IMG/VR virus record: IMGVR_UViG_3300025645_000053
Location: 13,924 to 77,923 of that record
Origin: a virus
Length of the DNA stretch: 64,000 nt
Reading direction: 5' to 3' (one strand)
How positions within the stretch are numbered: the first letter of the stretch is position 1; each line of letters begins with the position of its first letter. The translations under genes and the position numbers were made by a program. A model generated the notes under the pieces. That model did no database searches. It was not told the origin of the DNA and was given only the letters and a program-made list of their open reading frames with translations. This document shows positions 59,607 to 64,000 of the stretch, one piece after another.

Positions 59607-59798
59607 ATGGCAACGTATACTTATAAATGTACAGAAGACATTTGTGATGTTGATGTATTTGAAATAAAACAGTCAATGAAAGATGATTCGTTGACGGTAT
59701 GTGAGGAGTGCGGCAACGCTTCTTTAGTTAAGATTATCACAGGCGGTAACTTTGTTCTTAAAGGCAAAGGCTGGACTGGTAAATTGGGAAACCGATAA
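59607..59798 (+). CDS. FmdB-like zinc-ribbon protein
   Basis: YTYKC..C, CEECG, FVLKGKGW. Confidence 0.85.
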   Translation: MATYTYKCTEDICDVDVFEIKQSMKDDSLTVCEECGNASLVKIITGGNFVLKGKGWTGKLGNR

Positions 59799-59820
59799 AC
59801 TATCTCAATGCTATGCATTC

Positions 59821-59870
59821 CAATATACCCTCTACGGTATATTTGCTTCAATATACCCTCTACGGTATAT
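59821..59870 (+). repeat. two copies of a 22-bp hairpin-forming repeat
   Basis: CAATATACCCTCTACGGTATAT at 59821 and 59849. Confidence 0.9.
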
Positions 59871-59911
59871 GGTTTTAAGATCATTATAAATACTTCAGAG
59901 AGGGTATTAAA

Positions 59912-60307
59912 ATGAAAATAGTATTATTAGACGATTCTGACATAGCGTTGGCAGTCAATTCGTTTATCTTTACATCAGAGTATGCTAAAACAGATATATT
60001 ATGTTTTAACGATGTTGATAAAGCGGTTGATTATATAACAAACACAAAAGAAAACATGATTGTGCTCTTAGATTATTACAGGCCAAACACTGATGGTGTT
60101 GCGGTATATGAAAGTATAAAAGCCAAATGTCAGTCATGTAATCAGAACAAAAAGTATATTTTGTTTTCAATTGATGCAAGCGCTGAACTTAAGAGGCGTG
60201 CCGAAGCAACTGGTATGGAATGCTCAATTGATAAACATGGCCATAGACTTGACATTTTAAATAAAGTTAAGTCAATCGAGAATAAATACTTTTCACATTC
60301 TATATAA
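59912..60307 (+). CDS. single-domain response regulator (CheY-like)
   Basis: LLDD, LLDYYRP..DG, LFS, IDK; TATAAATA at 59885. Confidence 0.8.
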   Translation: MKIVLLDDSDIALAVNSFIFTSEYAKTDILCFNDVDKAVDYITNTKENMIVLLDYYRPNTDGVAVYESIKAKCQSCNQNKKYILFSIDASAELKRRAEATGMECSIDKHGHRLDILNKVKSIENKYFSHSI

Positions 60308-60387
60308 CTAAACGTTCTAATAAAGTAGTTTACATTGTAGCATATTATTGATATAATATTAACATAAATTGATTGAAAGGAAACTTT

Positions 60388-61266
60388 ATGAACAAAATGA
60401 TACTGACCGTTGGGGCATCATGCTCTGGCAAAACTACTTGGGCTGAAGAGTACGCGCGTAATCGTTCTATTACTAATATTAACCGCGATGATATGCGTTT
60501 CCTCGGTAAAAAGCGCAATTGGGACAACTGGAAATTCACTAAAGCTAACGAACGCAAAATATCTGCGGCATGTGACCATCTTGCTGTTACGGCGGTTGAA
60601 TATCGTTCAGATATTATAGTTTCTGACACCAACCTAAATCCTAACGTACGCGCTGAATGGAAAGAGTTTGCGTACCTTCACGGATATTCATATCAAGAAA
60701 AAGTTTTTGAATGCTCGTGGGATGAGTTACGTAAAAGAAATTCTCAACGCGAAGGTGGTGTTGCTGAAAACGTTCTGTGGAAACAATATCTGAAAATGAA
60801 TGCGTATCTTTGTAAGCCTGTACATGAGCACTGCGATAATCCTAAAGCAATCATCATTGATGTCGATGGAACTATTGCTAAAATGGGAGGTCGTGGTCCT
60901 TATGATTACGATAAAGTAAAAAATGATATTCCACGTAAGTTTGTTATTGCAATGATTAAAGGTGCACTACGTGAAGCAATCGCAAAACCAATCTTTCTAT
61001 CAGGTCGAGATGCTATATGCTATCAAGATACTCACAATTGGATTGCTGAGCATTTTGGTGGTGGCAACATAGAACTTTATATGAGACCTGAAGGTGATAG
61101 GCGTAAAGACTTCGTTGTTAAGGAAGAATTGTTCTGGGACAATATTGGAGAAAAGTACGATGTTGTCGGTGCGTTTGATGATAGACCGCAAGTACTAAGA
61201 ATGTGGCGTGAACTGGAGATCCCTAACATCATTGATGTTTCAGGCGATCGTTATTCTGAATTTTAA
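60388..61266 (+). CDS. pseT: polynucleotide 5'-kinase/3'-phosphatase
   Basis: GASCSGKT, NRDD; DVDGT, SGR, FDDR. Confidence 0.95.
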   Translation: MNKMILTVGASCSGKTTWAEEYARNRSITNINRDDMRFLGKKRNWDNWKFTKANERKISAACDHLAVTAVEYRSDIIVSDTNLNPNVRAEWKEFAYLHGYSYQEKVFECSWDELRKRNSQREGGVAENVLWKQYLKMNAYLCKPVHEHCDNPKAIIIDVDGTIAKMGGRGPYDYDKVKNDIPRKFVIAMIKGALREAIAKPIFLSGRDAICYQDTHNWIAEHFGGGNIELYMRPEGDRRKDFVVKEELFWDNIGEKYDVVGAFDDRPQVLRMWRELEIPNIIDVSGDRYSEF

Positions 61267-61280
61267 GAGGAAATATTAAT

Positions 61281-61823
61281 ATGCAAGTAAAAATTAAAAA
61301 GTATTCAGACCATTTTGGATTATCATATAAAATTGCTCGATTGTTTAGGCCAATCATCGGTGATGACCGTGTGTACACGCTTTTAGATAAAATTGAAAAA
61401 ATCCCTGGGTACGATTATGGCGAATCGTTAAATGGCATGTATAATAATTGGAAAGAATCAAAGCGTATTAATGTTAAAATTGATCGTTGGGATACGTATT
61501 CAATGGATAGTACTTTAACGTATATCATTCTTCCAATGTTAAAACAGCTTAGGTCTGAATTAAATGGTGCGCCTCTTACTGATTTTAAAGACGCTGATGA
61601 AGAGTTCCATCCTTCTATAGAAGACCTCGAGAGAATGAAAGTCCAACCAGGGTGGACTGATGCTAACTTTTACAAACGTTGGGAGAATATTATTGACAAA
61701 ATGATAGAAGCGTTTGAAATACATCAAAGAGATGATGCTTTATTCCAAAACGATGCCGATAGAGTCAAGCGAGACGAAGGTTTGAGACTGTTCAGTAAGT
61801 ACTATATCAACCTATGGACTTAG
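61281..61823 (+). CDS. conserved phage hypothetical protein
   Basis: IDRWDTYSMDSTL, GLRLF.KY..LW. Confidence 0.75.
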   Translation: MQVKIKKYSDHFGLSYKIARLFRPIIGDDRVYTLLDKIEKIPGYDYGESLNGMYNNWKESKRINVKIDRWDTYSMDSTLTYIILPMLKQLRSELNGAPLTDFKDADEEFHPSIEDLERMKVQPGWTDANFYKRWENIIDKMIEAFEIHQRDDALFQNDADRVKRDEGLRLFSKYYINLWT

Positions 61824-61977
61824 AACAAAAAGGAATATAAAGTCCTCTCGGGGCCCATAAATGTTCTAATAAAGTCGTTGACATGGAAGTCATTATTTGG
61901 TATAATAGTACCATAAATTAAATAAACTTGGAGAAGCATCATGATTATCACTGTTCAACTATTATGGAGCAAGGCGA

Positions 61978-62241
61978 ATGAGTGAACCTTACGTAAAATG
62001 TTATCCTGACATTATGGGCGCAACTCATACTGGCGATGATAATCTTTATTACAAATACACTTCAAACGGTTACATGTTACTTGAAGACGGCGAATGGGAT
62101 TATGTTACGTATCTACCAGATCTTCGAAGACTTGACGACATCCGAACTACGGTTCAACAAAAGTGTGAAATCATTCGGCTTTCAGATATTGTCGAGACAC
62201 TTGAAAGCGAAATTGAAGACTACGAACAGAAAAATATTTAA
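61978..62241 (+). CDS. hypothetical protein
   Basis: Downstream of an early promoter. Confidence 0.55.
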   Translation: MSEPYVKCYPDIMGATHTGDDNLYYKYTSNGYMLLEDGEWDYVTYLPDLRRLDDIRTTVQQKCEIIRLSDIVETLESEIEDYEQKNI

Positions 62242-62257
62242 TTATTAGGAATAAATT

Positions 62258-62845
62258 ATGAAAGAAAAAGTTATTGTAGTTGACGCAGATGGCGTCTTGT
62301 TAGATTGGACATATTCGTTCACACAATGGATGACTCGCCACGGGTACCCTAAAGTTGATGTTCATACGTATGACATGGCTGAAGTTTATAATATGCCTAA
62401 GGTAGAGATACAAAAGTTGATTCGTATCTTTAATGAGTCCGCTGCTATTTACAATCTTCCTCCACTTCGAGATGCAATTAAATACATTCGTAAATTGCAT
62501 GAAGAGCATGGGTATGTATTCCATGTAGTATCATCGTTAAGTAACGATTACAACGCGCAACACCTTCGCACTAAAAACCTCCAAAACCTGTTTGGTATTA
62601 CTACGTTTGAGAAATTCATTTACCTTGATACTGGTGCTGATAAAGACGAAGTCCTAAGAGACAATTATGGTGACACTGGTTGTTATTTTGTTGAAGACAA
62701 AGTTGAGAACGCTGAATGCGGTGTTGATTGTGGTTTAGAGTCAATACTAATGATGCATACTCATAACATGGGTATTGAAACTTATGAGAGTATACATCGG
62801 GTTTGGGATTGGAAAGGCATTGTTAATATTATTACTGAGTTATAA
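62258..62845 (+). CDS. HAD-family nucleotidase-like protein
   Basis: DADGVLLDW, VEDK, HN. Confidence 0.8.
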   Translation: MKEKVIVVDADGVLLDWTYSFTQWMTRHGYPKVDVHTYDMAEVYNMPKVEIQKLIRIFNESAAIYNLPPLRDAIKYIRKLHEEHGYVFHVVSSLSNDYNAQHLRTKNLQNLFGITTFEKFIYLDTGADKDEVLRDNYGDTGCYFVEDKVENAECGVDCGLESILMMHTHNMGIETYESIHRVWDWKGIVNIITEL

Positions 62846-62933
62846 GTATATTCTTTTTTGTTCTAATAAAGTTGTTGACACGGACGTCAATATTTTGTAT
62901 AATAGATACATAAATTGATAAAGGAAATACATT

Positions 62934-63128
62934 ATGACTGTTAAACAAAATTGGTTTGAAACTCTAAATGCCGCTCTTGAAGCTGAAGGTTTAATCGAGG
63001 CATGGGATATATCATTCGATCCTATATCATATGGTCAAAATTTTAGATGGACACATGACGGCAAACAGATTTCAATATTCAGAGAAAACGATGGGCGTTA
63101 CGAACGTCCAATACACTACAGGTTATAA
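62934..63128 (+). CDS. early hypothetical protein
   Basis: Follows early promoter module. Confidence 0.7.
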   Translation: MTVKQNWFETLNAALEAEGLIEAWDISFDPISYGQNFRWTHDGKQISIFRENDGRYERPIHYRL

Positions 63129-63130
63129 AC

Positions 63131-63361
63131 ATGCCGCTATATGAATTTAAAGACACCAACACTGGTGAAACCTTTGATAAAATGTTAAAGATTGCTGAAC
63201 GCGCTCAGTATCTTGAAGACAACCCGCATCTTCAAACTGTGGTAAGTGCACCAAGAATCGTTACTGGTGTAGGCGCTCAAATCAAAACTTCGAGTCAGCA
63301 CAAAGAACTGATTAAAGAAATCAAAAAGAATCACCCAAAGAATACTATCAATGACCACTAG
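63131..63361 (+). CDS. FmdB-related small protein
   Basis: MPLYEFKDTNTGE, YLEDNP. Confidence 0.7.
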   Translation: MPLYEFKDTNTGETFDKMLKIAERAQYLEDNPHLQTVVSAPRIVTGVGAQIKTSSQHKELIKEIKKNHPKNTINDH

Positions 63362-64000
63362 ATATAATCACCTCAACGAATCGTTTTTAGAATACGACGA
63401 TATGAAAACCGTTTCTGAAAACAAAAAACGTATTTACGTAACGCCTAAAGGTGGTCGCTTCGTATCAATAACAACAATGCTTGGTTACTTAAGTCGAGAT
63501 AAGTTAGACAGTTGGCGAGCAGCTGTTGGTGTTGAAGAAGCAAATCGAGTAAGTCGAATTGCTGCAGGAAGAGGTACACAGGTTCATTCTATTATAGAAA
63601 ACTACATTAACAATGAAGAAGTTAATGAACAAAAGTTAATGCCTCACATCAAAGCTAACTTTAATAGTATCAAACCTTTACTCCACAATATCAATAACGT
63701 GTACTATCAAGAAGTTGCGTTATATTCAAACGTTTTAAGATTAGCAGGTAGAGTTGATTGTATCGCAGAATATAATGGCGTACTATCAATTATAGATTTT
63801 AAGACAGCCGCTAAACCTAAAAGACAAGAATGGATAGATGATTATTTTATTCAATGCACGTTTTATGCATGCGCATTCTTTGAGCTTACAGGTATAGAAA
63901 TAAAGCAAGTCGTCGTTCTTATTACGGTCGACGGTAATCCCCCACAAGAATTCATTCAACCCGTAGGAAATTGGTTGAAGAAACTAATACAAATGCGAAA
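63351..64000 (+). CDS. PD-(D/E)xK exonuclease (Cas4-like family), runs off the window
   Basis: SITTML, RGTQVH, AGRVDCIAEY, IIDFKT, YFIQC..Y read by hand. Confidence 0.88.
   Translation, partial: MTTRYNHLNESFLEYDDMKTVSENKKRIYVTPKGGRFVSITTMLGYLSRDKLDSWRAAVGVEEANRVSRIAAGRGTQVHSIIENYINNEEVNEQKLMPHIKANFNSIKPLLHNINNVYYQEVALYSNVLRLAGRVDCIAEYNGVLSIIDFKTAAKPKRQEWIDDYFIQCTFYACAFFELTGIEIKQVVVLITVDGNPPQEFIQPVGNWLKKLIQMR

Noticed and set aside
314-62524. Most minus-strand and nested alternative-frame ORFs in the track
   Set aside because: They overlap well-supported + strand genes and lack RBS or motifs. Only the HNH ORFs at 6158-6694 and 9340-10053 are accepted on the minus strand.
1-64000. tRNA or rRNA genes
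   Set aside because: No cloverleaf or rRNA-like sequence recognised by eye; tRNAscan-SE would be needed to exclude them formally.

Overview
A 64 kb segment of an AT-rich, T4-like myovirus genome. The host is probably a marine gammaproteobacterium (inference from sigma70-type early promoters, T4-type TATAAATA late promoters and gene content). Almost all genes are on the + strand. It holds the replication core (gp45, dsbA, gp44, dexA, gp62, regA, gp43, ligase, uvsX, gp41), nucleotide metabolism (frd, td, cd, nrdA/B/C, glyA, pseT) and many small early genes behind repeated promoter modules. Highlights: (1) DNA polymerase gp43 is broken into three separately promoted ORFs by two free-standing endonuclease genes, with similar extra helical termini at both breaks (…RG* tails, LSDDEL heads), and the third piece also has an ORF-less group I intron in motif B. 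(2) nrdA is fractured by a naturally split intein with a GIY-YIG gene between the halves. (3) A DNA-hypermodification cluster combines a dCMP hydroxymethylase-like enzyme, NDP-donor enzymes, a glycosyltransferase and an atypical C5-MTase-like protein, the last two with clamp-binding-like tails. (4) A late block of proteins with T4-style capsid-targeting leaders includes ligase-like, pol-beta nucleotidyltransferase, PARP-like and NMNAT/cytidylyltransferase-like enzymes. (5) An HNH insertion has left two alternative gp62 3' ends. All product calls come from motif recognition by eye; no database search was run.
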